A stretch of DNA of 64,000 bases from Desulfobacterales bacterium (GTDB lineage: Bacteria > Desulfobacterota > Desulfobacteria > Desulfobacterales > JAHEIW01). Both the position numbers and the translations under genes were made by a program. The stretch is from contig JASJAN010000018.1 in the NCBI GenBank assembly GCA_030066985.1, positions 1,742 through 65,741 on the forward strand. The letters run 5' to 3'. This document shows, one piece after another, positions 9,826 through 18,763 of this stretch (position 1 is its first letter; each line of letters opens with the position of its first letter). The notes under the pieces were generated by a model that saw nothing but the letters and a program-made list of their open reading frames with translations, searched no databases and was not told the DNA's origin.

Positions 9826-10668
9826 CTAATAAACTTTTCTATATTTGGTATATTCTTTTTGCAATTTTCGCGTTATGGGTCCTGGCATACCGGTACCGAC
9901 TTTCCAGTCATCAACTTGAACGACGGGAAATATTTCCAAAGTACTTCCGGTAACAAGTAATTCGTCGGCTTCTTTTAGTCGGTCAACCGGTATCGGGGAC
10001 TCATTTACACCGATTCCCAGATTGTTGCAGAGTTCCAAAACCACCTGGCGAGTTATTCCCGCTAAAATTGAATTCGTATCCGGATAAGTATAAAATTGAT
10101 TTGAGAAAATTGCGCCAAAGTTAGTATGCGATCCTTCGGTAATGAATCCATCCCGAACCAGGACCGCCTCTTCCGCCTGCTGGTCTTTTGCCCGTTGGCA
10201 TGCAAGGACATTCGGGAGCAGCGCGATTGATTTGATGTCACAGCGTCCCCACCTGATATCCGGTTCTAAAACAACTTTGACGCCTTTTTCTCGTTTGCTC
10301 ACCGGCGGTTGAAAGGCAGAGGCAGCGGCATAAGCTGTTGGTGAAACGTCTTCACCCGGAAAAGCATGTTGTCGAGGGGCAGCCCCCCTTGTTACCTGGA
10401 TATAAAGGGTTGCGTCTGTATCCTGAAGCCTGTTGCGATGGATAAGCTTTTCCCCAATAGCTTTTAAATCCCCATTAAAAGGGTCCGGGATGCGCAGCTC
10501 TTTCAGGCTTTTTTCCATCCTTGCTATGTGCTCATGGGCTTTAAATAAATACCCGTTGTAGGACCTCATCACCTCATATAGCCCATCCCCTAATAAAAAG
10601 CCGCGATCATCGGGAGATATTTGAACGGCTTTCTTCGGCATGAATTCACCGTTGTAGTAGGCGATCAT
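9826..10668 (-). CDS. Class IV aminotransferase, D-amino-acid aminotransferase-like
   Basis: YYNGEF...ISPDDRGFLLGDGLYEV matches the Dat/IlvE fold-type IV N-terminus. The ORF opens at 10707; SD GGGAGGG precedes ATG 10668. Confidence 0.7.
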   Translation of the reverse strand: MIAYYNGEFMPKKAVQISPDDRGFLLGDGLYEVMRSYNGYLFKAHEHIARMEKSLKELRIPDPFNGDLKAIGEKLIHRNRLQDTDATLYIQVTRGAAPRQHAFPGEDVSPTAYAAASAFQPPVSKREKGVKVVLEPDIRWGRCDIKSIALLPNVLACQRAKDQQAEEAVLVRDGFITEGSHTNFGAIFSNQFYTYPDTNSILAGITRQVVLELCNNLGIGVNESPIPVDRLKEADELLVTGSTLEIFPVVQVDDWKVGTGMPGPITRKLQKEYTKYRKVY

Positions 10669-10786
10669 ATGCCCTCCCTTCGCAATTTTATCAATGCTTC
10701 CTGGCAAAAGTATTCATAAAATCGATCCGTTTCTTTTCACCTTCATATGACATAGAACGGATGAACCGGCGTGAAAATTTACCATT

Positions 10787-11689
10787 CTACGCATTTTCTT
10801 TTCCTTCAATGAATTCTTTTGCGATTACAAATACTTCCTCGCTGATTCTTAGAGAATTTTCCTCGCTGTTGGCTCCAATATGGGGGGTCATAATGACATT
10901 TGGCGATTTTAAAATCGGATAATCCGGGGCAGGAGGATCAGAAACCCAGACATCAGTGCAGTATGCTTTCAGGTGCCCACTTTTTAAAGCGGCTGAAACA
11001 TCTTCAGCAACAACGCAAGCCGCCCGACCTGTATTGATTAGAACGGCTCCCTTTTTCATAACGGCCAGGACGGCCTTGTTGATTATACCCCTGGTGGAAT
11101 TTGTCAGCGGGGTGTGAAGTGAAATATAGTCAGCCTCTCTGACAGCCTCTTGCAGAGTGGTTTTTATGTCGGCGTATTTGCTTGGCCGTCCGGACTGTCT
11201 GAAAGCTGTAACCTTCATGCCGAATGCAGCAGCTCTTTTGGCTATTTCAATCGCGATTCGGCCCATACCGATGAGACAAATGGTTTTACCGTAGAGTTCA
11301 GTCCATTTTAACTGTTGCTTGAGCCATTGTTTTTTTTGCATACTAGTGTGTGCTTCGATTATCCGGGAAGAGGTTGTCAGCATCATAGCAAAAGCGGTTT
11401 CGGCAACAGCAATTGAAGATGCTTGCGGCGTATTTTTAACACTGATACCCCTGGAAGCTGCGAATTCACCGTCAATATTATCGGTTCCTACACCGCCGCG
11501 GATAATCAGCTTGAGATTGGGCGCTGCTTCTAGATATTCTCTGGTACATTTCGTTTTGCTTCTTACAAGGAGAATATCCGCTTCCGGCAGTCGTTTCTTA
11601 TCTTTTGTTACCTCACCTATATCAGGCAGCTTCTTTTCCAATTCCGCGTCAAAGGTATCAGAAATTAGAATTAGCATAGCTTCCACCAA
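10787..11689 (-). CDS. D-isomer-specific 2-hydroxyacid dehydrogenase (SerA/PdxB/GyaR-like)
   Basis: NAD motif GMGRIAIEIAKRA, plus LHTPLT...G and TPHIGA. The start is GTG 11689 or ATG 11677. Confidence 0.8.
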   Translation of the reverse strand: MVEAMLILISDTFDAELEKKLPDIGEVTKDKKRLPEADILLVRSKTKCTREYLEAAPNLKLIIRGGVGTDNIDGEFAASRGISVKNTPQASSIAVAETAFAMMLTTSSRIIEAHTSMQKKQWLKQQLKWTELYGKTICLIGMGRIAIEIAKRAAAFGMKVTAFRQSGRPSKYADIKTTLQEAVREADYISLHTPLTNSTRGIINKAVLAVMKKGAVLINTGRAACVVAEDVSAALKSGHLKAYCTDVWVSDPPAPDYPILKSPNVIMTPHIGANSEENSLRISEEVFVIAKEFIEGKENA

Positions 11690-11712
11690 CGAAATCCTTT
11701 GTATGGGTTTTT

Positions 11713-12765
11713 CTATCCTTCGGGCTTATTTAACAACAGGTCTTCATTTTCAATTTTTGGGAAATTATGCTCATCTAAGTATTTAAAATATTCATCTAAA
11801 TACAGAAACGGGCTATCAGGACAAACGAAAACACATACAATTTCGCCGTTTTTACTTCTTAATCCATCGAAGGTATCTTTGTTTTTTCTTTGGTGTAAAT
11901 ATTTTAACAATCCTGCCAACGCGAAGCCGGAACTCGGACCCACCAGTATGCCCTGCCGACTCAGTGCCATGCTAGTTTTATAAGACGCCGCGGTTTCAAC
12001 TCTCTGGATATCATCAACATGCGGGCGCCATTCAAAACCGATTAATCGCAATAATGCTTCCGTCCTTACCCCCGGGGTATAAGTATCCGCCTCTCTCATT
12101 ACACCAACGACTTGAACTTTGCTTTCCTTGCTCTTGAGATAGGTCGAGGTACCGATAATTGTGCCGGTGGTCCCCAGACCGGCACAAAAAACACTTATAT
12201 TTCCTTCTGTTTGTTCCCAGATTTGCTTTCCGGTCCATTTTTGATGGGCTTTGGGGTTGTCTTTATTATCGTATTGTCCTGGATTAACCCAACTATCCTT
12301 TTTACCCAGCTTTTTGGCTTTATAAATTCCGCTGGTCGGATCAGTGGGATCCGGCCAGTCGGGCTCCTGGTTGACAATCGGCTCGACACCGAAGAACAGC
12401 AGCATAACTAATTTTTGCCAGGAAACTTCGGTCGGCACAAAAGATTTGATTTTATCAATACCCAGCATTCGGGCCACCAGCGCGATTGAAAAGACCGTGT
12501 TGCCGGAAGAATTTTCAATAACCTGTTCAACCCCTTTTAGCTCTCCGCGCTTACGCATTTCAAGCAGCATGTTGTAGGCCGGCATGCACTTTACGTTTCC
12601 TAAAGGCAAAAAGGTCATGAGTTTGGCAAATATTCTAACTTTATCGTCGAAAAAGGGGTTGAGATCCTCAGGCAGCTCCACTAAAGGCAAGTAAGGATGC
12701 ATACCGGGATTCAAAAAATCCTTAAGTGAGTTCCTGCCTTTAAAAGTATTTAAATCTTTCGCCAT
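11713..12765 (-). CDS. Fold-type II PLP enzyme (cysteine synthase / Trp-synthase-beta-like), specificity unknown
   Basis: Candidate Schiff-base Lys in LGNVKCMPAYNML. Phosphate-binding loop GLGTTGTIIG. The ORF opens at 12849, but SD AAGGAA precedes Met29 (ATG 12765). Confidence 0.65.
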   Translation of the reverse strand: MAKDLNTFKGRNSLKDFLNPGMHPYLPLVELPEDLNPFFDDKVRIFAKLMTFLPLGNVKCMPAYNMLLEMRKRGELKGVEQVIENSSGNTVFSIALVARMLGIDKIKSFVPTEVSWQKLVMLLFFGVEPIVNQEPDWPDPTDPTSGIYKAKKLGKKDSWVNPGQYDNKDNPKAHQKWTGKQIWEQTEGNISVFCAGLGTTGTIIGTSTYLKSKESKVQVVGVMREADTYTPGVRTEALLRLIGFEWRPHVDDIQRVETAASYKTSMALSRQGILVGPSSGFALAGLLKYLHQRKNKDTFDGLRSKNGEIVCVFVCPDSPFLYLDEYFKYLDEHNFPKIENEDLLLNKPEG

Positions 12766-12859
12766 TTGCGGTTCCTTGTTGAATTGGTAGGATAAAGTAG
12801 GTCCAAGTGAAGCAGCGCTCCATTGTGGATCATGGAGCGCTGCTTTCATTTTTGCGTTG

Positions 12860-13873
12860 CTACCTTAATTTTTTCTTGATCCCTTCCCATGTTTTGGTGA
12901 GGGTCGGGTGGTCTTTGGAGGCTTTACTCTGATCGATATCGATATATTTTAAATCGCCCAAAGCTGGCAGATCTGTCAGCTTTTCGACTGCGATATCGCC
13001 GCGGGTGGGCCTCCTGAAGCTTTTTACAAACAGAGCTTCCTGGGCCTCCTTAGAGCAGAAGAAGTCATACATGAGCTTGGCTTCGTCAGGATTCTTGGCG
13101 CCCTTAATTAAGACAACCCCTTCGGGAGATAAAAAGGAGCCGTCTTTGGGATAGATGATGCCGATTTCTTTCTGCCCCCCGGCAACATATGTGTAAGCGG
13201 CATATTCCATGGTGATCCCCAGGGCGTATTCGCCCATTGCCACACCTTTGTATACCATGCTGGTACTGGGCACGTTTTTCACAACTGCCGCTAGCTTTTC
13301 CAGTCCCTCTTTTCCGTATAATTTGTTAAAACCATAAGCCTGGATATAGGTGGAGCTCGATTTAACCGGATTGCCCATGACGACTTTGCCCTTCCATTTG
13401 GGATCAAAAAGGTCTGACCATTTTTGGGGCAGCTCGCTTTTAGACACAAGCTTGGAGTTGTACATAATGACCATGGGATGAATATTCACACCGGTCCACA
13501 TATTGTTTTTCTCAATGAACTCCGGTTTGATGCCTTTGGCTTCTGGTGAAGAATACGGCTGAAAATTTTCCATATATGCTCCCAGGGTCCCAAAGCCACC
13601 GCTCCAAAATACATCGCCCAAAGGGTTGTCTTTTTCCGCGCTTATTCTTTTCATCAGGGCACCTGACCCGGCCCTCACCACAGAAACAGAAATATCGGGA
13701 TGTTTTTCTTTAAACATTTTTACGGCAAGATCAATAACCTCTTGTTTGTTGGAAGAATACAGTACTACTTTTCCCGCGGCAGCTTCTTCCAGGGGAAACA
13801 AAACACCCGTGGTTAAAGTGATCGTAAGGAAAAGGCTTAAAACCATAAATACGGCAACTCTTGAAAATCTCAT
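12860..13873 (-). CDS. ABC transporter periplasmic binding protein (Fe3+/thiamine/2-aminoethylphosphonate-type family 1)
   Basis: Signal/anchor MRFSRVAVFMVLSLFLTITL. Length and sequence pattern fit the FbpA/PhnS-like cluster. SD AAAGGAGAG before ATG 13873 (the ORF opens at 13918). Confidence 0.7.
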   Translation of the reverse strand: MRFSRVAVFMVLSLFLTITLTTGVLFPLEEAAAGKVVLYSSNKQEVIDLAVKMFKEKHPDISVSVVRAGSGALMKRISAEKDNPLGDVFWSGGFGTLGAYMENFQPYSSPEAKGIKPEFIEKNNMWTGVNIHPMVIMYNSKLVSKSELPQKWSDLFDPKWKGKVVMGNPVKSSSTYIQAYGFNKLYGKEGLEKLAAVVKNVPSTSMVYKGVAMGEYALGITMEYAAYTYVAGGQKEIGIIYPKDGSFLSPEGVVLIKGAKNPDEAKLMYDFFCSKEAQEALFVKSFRRPTRGDIAVEKLTDLPALGDLKYIDIDQSKASKDHPTLTKTWEGIKKKLR

Positions 13874-14014
13874 AATTTCTCTCCTTTCTAATGGATCAAT
13901 ATTAATTTTATGTAACACCTCGCTTCATTTATTGGTGTTTTACCACCTCCTTCCTTTTTCAATTGAATCTGGGCACACCTTACATTGACGGCGATAGAAC
14001 CAATTGTTTAAACA

Positions 14015-15667
14015 CTATTTTGCTGCAAATACATCGATCTTAAAAAATTTAATGGCAATAAATAACGGAAGGAAAATGGCCGCGATCAGCACCGAAGCAT
14101 AAGCAGAAGCGGTACCAAATTCCCCGCTGTCAATCTGCTGAAATATCTGGATCGGCATGGTGGACCACTCGCCGAAGTAAAGCACGATTGTAGCGGCGAG
14201 TTCTGCAAGAGTGCCGACCCACATGAGAAGCGCACCGGCAACAAGCGCCGGCATCATCAGCGGCATTACCACTTTAAAAAATGATTTCAAAGGTGAGACG
14301 CCAAGATTGATGGAAGCCTCCTCCATAGATTCCTTTATGTTATACAAAACCGAAGAGCTCGTCCTGATGGCAAATGGGACTTTGCGCACGAAATAGGCCA
14401 CCAGCATGATGACCCAGCTTCCGGTGAGAACCAAAAAGCCTTTGTTGAAAGTCGTAATAAGGGAAATCCCCAGAACAGTGCCCGCAACTGCCAATGGAAA
14501 CATCACCAGCATATCCAGAAGATAAGTTGCCTTGGAGCGCCTTTTTACCAAGACATAACTTGTAAATGTGGCGAAAACGAAACCGATTATGGTCGCAGTG
14601 GTGGCCAAAAATAGTGAATTATAGACGGCCCTCGGCGCCAGTGTAAAAGCCTTAACATAACTCTCTATGCTGAATTGGCCGTAATGAAGGACTGGACCGA
14701 TGCTTTTGGTAAAGGAGGCCACCAGGCACACAAGGATGCTAAAAAGGGACAGAAAGATAAGTCCGAAGCAAAATATTAATACCAGAGTTCTTGGTACCGG
14801 TGAGAGAGTTCTGGACCGCGGGGCTCGACCGGATTCCATCTGATATGCCTTTCTTTCGACAACCCTTTTCTGAATGATAAGCACAATCGTTGTAATAATT
14901 AACAACACCATTGACAGCGTGCTCGCCATCAATGGGCTTCCCCCCATTTCACTCACGAATTCATTGTAAGCTTCCACAGATAAAATTGGCAGGCTTTCTG
15001 CCAAAATGACCGGTACGCCAAAATTTTCTATTACCAGGGTAAAAACCACTAATGAGCTGGCCAAAATCGAAGGTGCAATCACGGGAAAGGTCACTGTCAG
15101 ATAAGTACGAAAGGGGCTCGATCCCAGATTCCGGGCTGCGTCTTCCAGGGAAGAATCAATGGAACCCATCGCCGATGAAACCATTAAGAACATAAACGCC
15201 CAATGCTGCATGGTTAGAACAATGATAAGACCCGGCCAACCATAGATGGAGGGTAGCTCCACACCGATTAATCTTAACCATTCGGTCACAAAACCGCTTC
15301 TGCCCACTGTCAGGATCCATGATTCAGCCACAATAATGGTCGGTAGAATAAGGGTGAGCAATGGTAGGGTGCGAATCACATTTTTAAAGGGAAGTTCATA
15401 GCGTGTTACGATAAATGCCATGGTGACCCCGATAATAAGGCAAAGTACCGTAACTACGGAGCTGAGGATGAGGCTGTTGAACATGGCTGAGCGGTAAACG
15501 TGATCGGTGATAAATGTATAATACCCTTCAAGAGAAAATTTTCCTGTTGATGGTGACGTAAAGCTCACACCGAATAAAGAAAGCAGGGGATATAGAACGA
15601 ACAATATCAACACAAAGAAGGCCACTATGGTGATTAAAGTCCAGATATTAAAACGGTGCAGTTTCAT
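14015..15667 (-). CDS. ABC transporter permease, fused double domain
   Basis: 550 aa with about 12 TM segments. Two EAA loops: LEDAARNLGSSPFRTYLTVTFP and MEEASINLGVSPLKSFFKVVMP. Confidence 0.85.
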   Translation of the reverse strand: MKLHRFNIWTLITIVAFFVLILFVLYPLLSLFGVSFTSPSTGKFSLEGYYTFITDHVYRSAMFNSLILSSVVTVLCLIIGVTMAFIVTRYELPFKNVIRTLPLLTLILPTIIVAESWILTVGRSGFVTEWLRLIGVELPSIYGWPGLIIVLTMQHWAFMFLMVSSAMGSIDSSLEDAARNLGSSPFRTYLTVTFPVIAPSILASSLVVFTLVIENFGVPVILAESLPILSVEAYNEFVSEMGGSPLMASTLSMVLLIITTIVLIIQKRVVERKAYQMESGRAPRSRTLSPVPRTLVLIFCFGLIFLSLFSILVCLVASFTKSIGPVLHYGQFSIESYVKAFTLAPRAVYNSLFLATTATIIGFVFATFTSYVLVKRRSKATYLLDMLVMFPLAVAGTVLGISLITTFNKGFLVLTGSWVIMLVAYFVRKVPFAIRTSSSVLYNIKESMEEASINLGVSPLKSFFKVVMPLMMPALVAGALLMWVGTLAELAATIVLYFGEWSTMPIQIFQQIDSGEFGTASAYASVLIAAIFLPLFIAIKFFKIDVFAAK

Positions 15668-15677
15668 AAAAATCTTC

Positions 15678-16745
15678 CTATATATCTAATATTCGACAGT
15701 TAGCGGATATGTTTAGGGTAACCTCCTGTCCGACGCTTTTTATTCCTGAGTCGTCTATGTTTTGTTTTTCGACCTTGAGTTCTATGCCTTCAAAGGCCTG
15801 AATCCTGTATTTGACCATGGATCCCATAAACATGACACTGACCACGCGACCTTTAAGGGTATTTACACCCTCATCATTCCCGTCAACGATGTAAATTTCC
15901 TCGGGCCTTAGACAGCAAAGCACGTTTGACGAAAGCTTTTTGGTATTTGAAACCTGGATCTCCTCGCCATCGATATCCAAAACAGCCATATCCTTTCCGT
16001 TGTTACTCGATACGACCCGGGCTTCAATGAGATTGGCAGAACCGATAAAACCAGCCACAAACCGGTTGGCGGGATTGCGGTATACATCCATGGGAGAACC
16101 GATTTGCTCGATGCACCCTTGCCTCATTACCGCAACCCGATCAGAAACGGAGACCGCTTCTTCCTGATCGTGGGTTACAAATATGGTGGTAATCCCGACT
16201 TCCTTCTGGAGCCGCTTGATGACCTCCCTCATGTTGATGCGCAGTTTTGCATCGAGATTCGAAAGGGGTTCATCCATTAGCAACACTTCGGGCTCAATGA
16301 CAAGGGCCCGCGCCAGTGCTACGCGTTGCTGCTGCCCGCCGCTCAGTGCGTTCGGATATCGCCTTGTTAACCCGCCGAGTTCAACCTTTTCTAACATGGC
16401 GTTGACTTTGCGGTCGATATCCTTCTTGCTTTCTTTTCTGGCCTTCAGACCATAAGCGACGTTGTCGTAAATGGACATGTTCGGAAACAACGCGTAATCC
16501 TGAAAAACCATGCCCGTGTTCCGTTTGTGGGCTGGAACGGAATTCATGCGTTTATCCTCGAAATACACATCACCTTCCTGGGGATCGATGAAGCCCGCCA
16601 CAACTCTCATGGTCGTTGTTTTCCCGCATCCGCTGGGGCCCAATAGTGTAAAAAATTCTCCATCATTGATCTCCAGGGTCAAATTATCAATGGCTTTAAA
16701 GCTGCCGAAGTACTTTGTTATATTTTTCAGGTTAACTTGTGCCAT
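15678..16745 (-). CDS. ABC transporter ATP-binding protein (PotA/FbpC/PhnT-like)
   Basis: Walker A GPSGCGKTT, signature LSGGQQQRVALARAL, Walker B LLMDEPLS and a C-terminal TOBE-like domain. Confidence 0.9.
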   Translation of the reverse strand: MAQVNLKNITKYFGSFKAIDNLTLEINDGEFFTLLGPSGCGKTTTMRVVAGFIDPQEGDVYFEDKRMNSVPAHKRNTGMVFQDYALFPNMSIYDNVAYGLKARKESKKDIDRKVNAMLEKVELGGLTRRYPNALSGGQQQRVALARALVIEPEVLLMDEPLSNLDAKLRINMREVIKRLQKEVGITTIFVTHDQEEAVSVSDRVAVMRQGCIEQIGSPMDVYRNPANRFVAGFIGSANLIEARVVSSNNGKDMAVLDIDGEEIQVSNTKKLSSNVLCCLRPEEIYIVDGNDEGVNTLKGRVVSVMFMGSMVKYRIQAFEGIELKVEKQNIDDSGIKSVGQEVTLNISANCRILDI

Positions 16746-16821
16746 GATGTGTTCCTTTACACTGTTGACTTGATCTAGTCATTATTCCAATAATAAATAA
16801 AGATTGACGGTTGGCGCCATT

Positions 16822-18039
16822 TCAACCGGCAATGATTTGGTAGCAATATCCTGCAATCAGGGAACCAGCGATACCCGCCCCAAGGTAAATCGCAAACGTT
16901 TGTCTTTTGACTAGTGCAAACACAGCCGTCATGGCTGGGATCGTTGTTACCGGCCCGGCAATCAAAAAGGCCAGCGCCGCTCCCTGGCTCATTCCATTCT
17001 TGAGAAGTCCATCGACGATTGGAATCGCACCCACCCCTGAGGTATAGACAGGAATACCAATGGCGGTGGCAAGTGGTATGGAAAAAAGCTGATTTTTACC
17101 AAGGGCAGCGGAGATCCAGCTTGGATCGACATAATGCACAATAAGCGATTCAAGTATGAAAGCAATAAGCAGCCATTTGCCAAGGAATAAGGAAACTTTC
17201 AAAGCTTCAGGCCAAAAATTGCTCCAAAATTTCGAACCCGAGCTATCCGTTTTATCCTCCGAACTGCAGCATGAGCTTTGTGACAGGCTCAACCCGTGGA
17301 GTTGATTATTTAGCAGGCCGGAAGCTGACAAAAAATATATGATATAGCCGGCTCCTGCTCCCAAGAAAACCGCGGTAACAAGCCGGGCTAAAGCAAAATC
17401 GATCCCCAGCACACCGGCAGTAAGAACAAACATGGACGGCCCCATTAATGGTGAACTAATCCAAAACGCCATTACGGGCGCAAGCGGTACGCCGCTTGCC
17501 AACAAAGCGGCAATCAAGGGAATAACGCCACAAGAGCATAGCGGTATGGTGGCGCCAACGATAGCGGCGCCTGCGATGGCGATTTTCTCCCTCCGGTAGA
17601 ATACCGCTTTGATACGCTCCGAAAAACCGGACACCGTGACCCAGGCAGCTATACCAACACCCAAAAGGAAGAAAGGCAGGATTGACCATACCGCTTTGCC
17701 AACAAAGGCAAGATTTGAGATGATTTCACGCCAAAAGATTTCCGGCCTGATGCCGGGAACAAAGCCAGCACTCAAAATCAAGATCGTTATACCGGTTAAG
17801 CCCGCTATACCCCAAAGCCAAAACGACGTATTCATGAAAGCAAATTTAGGATGTACAGGGTCTGCTAAACTTCCCTCTGATGTGACTGTATCGCCGGCTG
17901 AATTTTCACAGCAGGGCAGATGGAATGGCTCTTGAACGGGCGAAGATTCCAGAATTTGAGCTCCCGTCGCTGTTGTACAGCAACTTATAGTCGTCATTTC
18001 TTTTTGGTTTTTCTTTTCTACCCTTTGATCATCGTCCAT
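16822..18039 (-). CDS. COG0701/ArsP-like permease with Cys-rich N-terminal extension
   Basis: Membrane protein with a PLCSCGVIPL motif. Vicinal Cys pairs at aa 20-21 and 43-44, plus SSCCSS in the central loop. An ArsR gene lies directly upstream. Confidence 0.65.
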   Translation of the reverse strand: MDDDQRVEKKNQKEMTTISCCTTATGAQILESSPVQEPFHLPCCENSAGDTVTSEGSLADPVHPKFAFMNTSFWLWGIAGLTGITILILSAGFVPGIRPEIFWREIISNLAFVGKAVWSILPFFLLGVGIAAWVTVSGFSERIKAVFYRREKIAIAGAAIVGATIPLCSCGVIPLIAALLASGVPLAPVMAFWISSPLMGPSMFVLTAGVLGIDFALARLVTAVFLGAGAGYIIYFLSASGLLNNQLHGLSLSQSSCCSSEDKTDSSGSKFWSNFWPEALKVSLFLGKWLLIAFILESLIVHYVDPSWISAALGKNQLFSIPLATAIGIPVYTSGVGAIPIVDGLLKNGMSQGAALAFLIAGPVTTIPAMTAVFALVKRQTFAIYLGAGIAGSLIAGYCYQIIAG

Positions 18040-18076
18040 GGTTCAATTTTTTTATATATCGATGTTTTTGGAATTA

Positions 18077-18086
18077 TAGAAATATC
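18077..18086. promoter_or_regulatory. TAGAAATATC motif upstream of the permease gene (candidate ArsR operator half)
   Basis: The same 10-mer recurs at 18473-18482 upstream of arsR. Each copy is followed 35-38 nt later by TTGACAAC (18112 and 18511). Confidence 0.3.
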
Positions 18087-18126
18087 ACACCAAAAAAAAT
18101 ATTGACAACCTGTCTCCGAAAAAATC

Positions 18127-18444
18127 TCAACCACAATCTTTAATACCTTTACAGCATTCGGATTGAAGAAAATCTAACAATTCATCCAACGAATCATACT
18201 GGGCAGTGCAATAGAGCGTCCTGCTTTCACGATTTTGCTTAATTAATCCGACGGAAACCAACCGTGAAATATGGTGGGACAAGGTAGAACCCGGCAACCC
18301 CAAGGCTTTTTGGATCTCCCCCACCGGAACGCCGTCATGTCCGACTTTCACCAAATATCGAAAAATGGACAGCCGGGTGGTATGGCCCAGTTCACTCAAT
18401 CTTTTGGCTGCATCTTCATGTTTCATGAAAACAAGATAAAGCAT
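18127..18444 (-). CDS. ArsR/SmtB family transcriptional regulator
   Basis: Winged HTH: RLSIFRYLVKVGHDGVPVGEIQKALGLPGSTLSHHISRLVSVGLIK. C-terminal Cys pair ECCKGIKDCG. Confidence 0.85.
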   Translation of the reverse strand: MLYLVFMKHEDAAKRLSELGHTTRLSIFRYLVKVGHDGVPVGEIQKALGLPGSTLSHHISRLVSVGLIKQNRESRTLYCTAQYDSLDELLDFLQSECCKGIKDCG

Positions 18445-18464
18445 ACCGGGAATCGACAGTCAAC

Positions 18465-18491
18465 TATATTTTTAGAAATATCGAAATATAT
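18465..18491. promoter_or_regulatory. AT-rich inverted/direct repeat upstream of arsR (candidate operator)
   Basis: The sequence is TATATTTTTAGAAATATCGAAATATATA. Arms TATATTT and AAATATA form the inverted repeat. GAAATAT occurs as a direct repeat at 18475 and 18483. Confidence 0.3.
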
Positions 18492-18763
18492 ATGCTGAAA
18501 AGAAATGAGTTGACAACACATTTAAATCTCTAAATTGGCATGTATATATTGAGGGATAGTGAAACTATTTATAAAAAACCAGAAAGGCTCTGTCGCAACC
18601 CGATCGGGTCAGGTTCAAATGTCCACAAAGAAAGCCGGTATTGCTATGATCGCACCCCATATCTCGTTTAATTAAATCACAAAACCAACACGTTAGCTGA
18701 ATTGCGGAATGTGGCTATGCAGAAACACTAACCCCATAGGCAAGAACATGAAGCAATTTTCAA

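Noticed and set aside
18590-18630. tRNA-like GGTTCAAAT T-loop sequence
   Set aside because: The flanking bases cannot form a T-stem and no acceptor or anticodon arms can be drawn.
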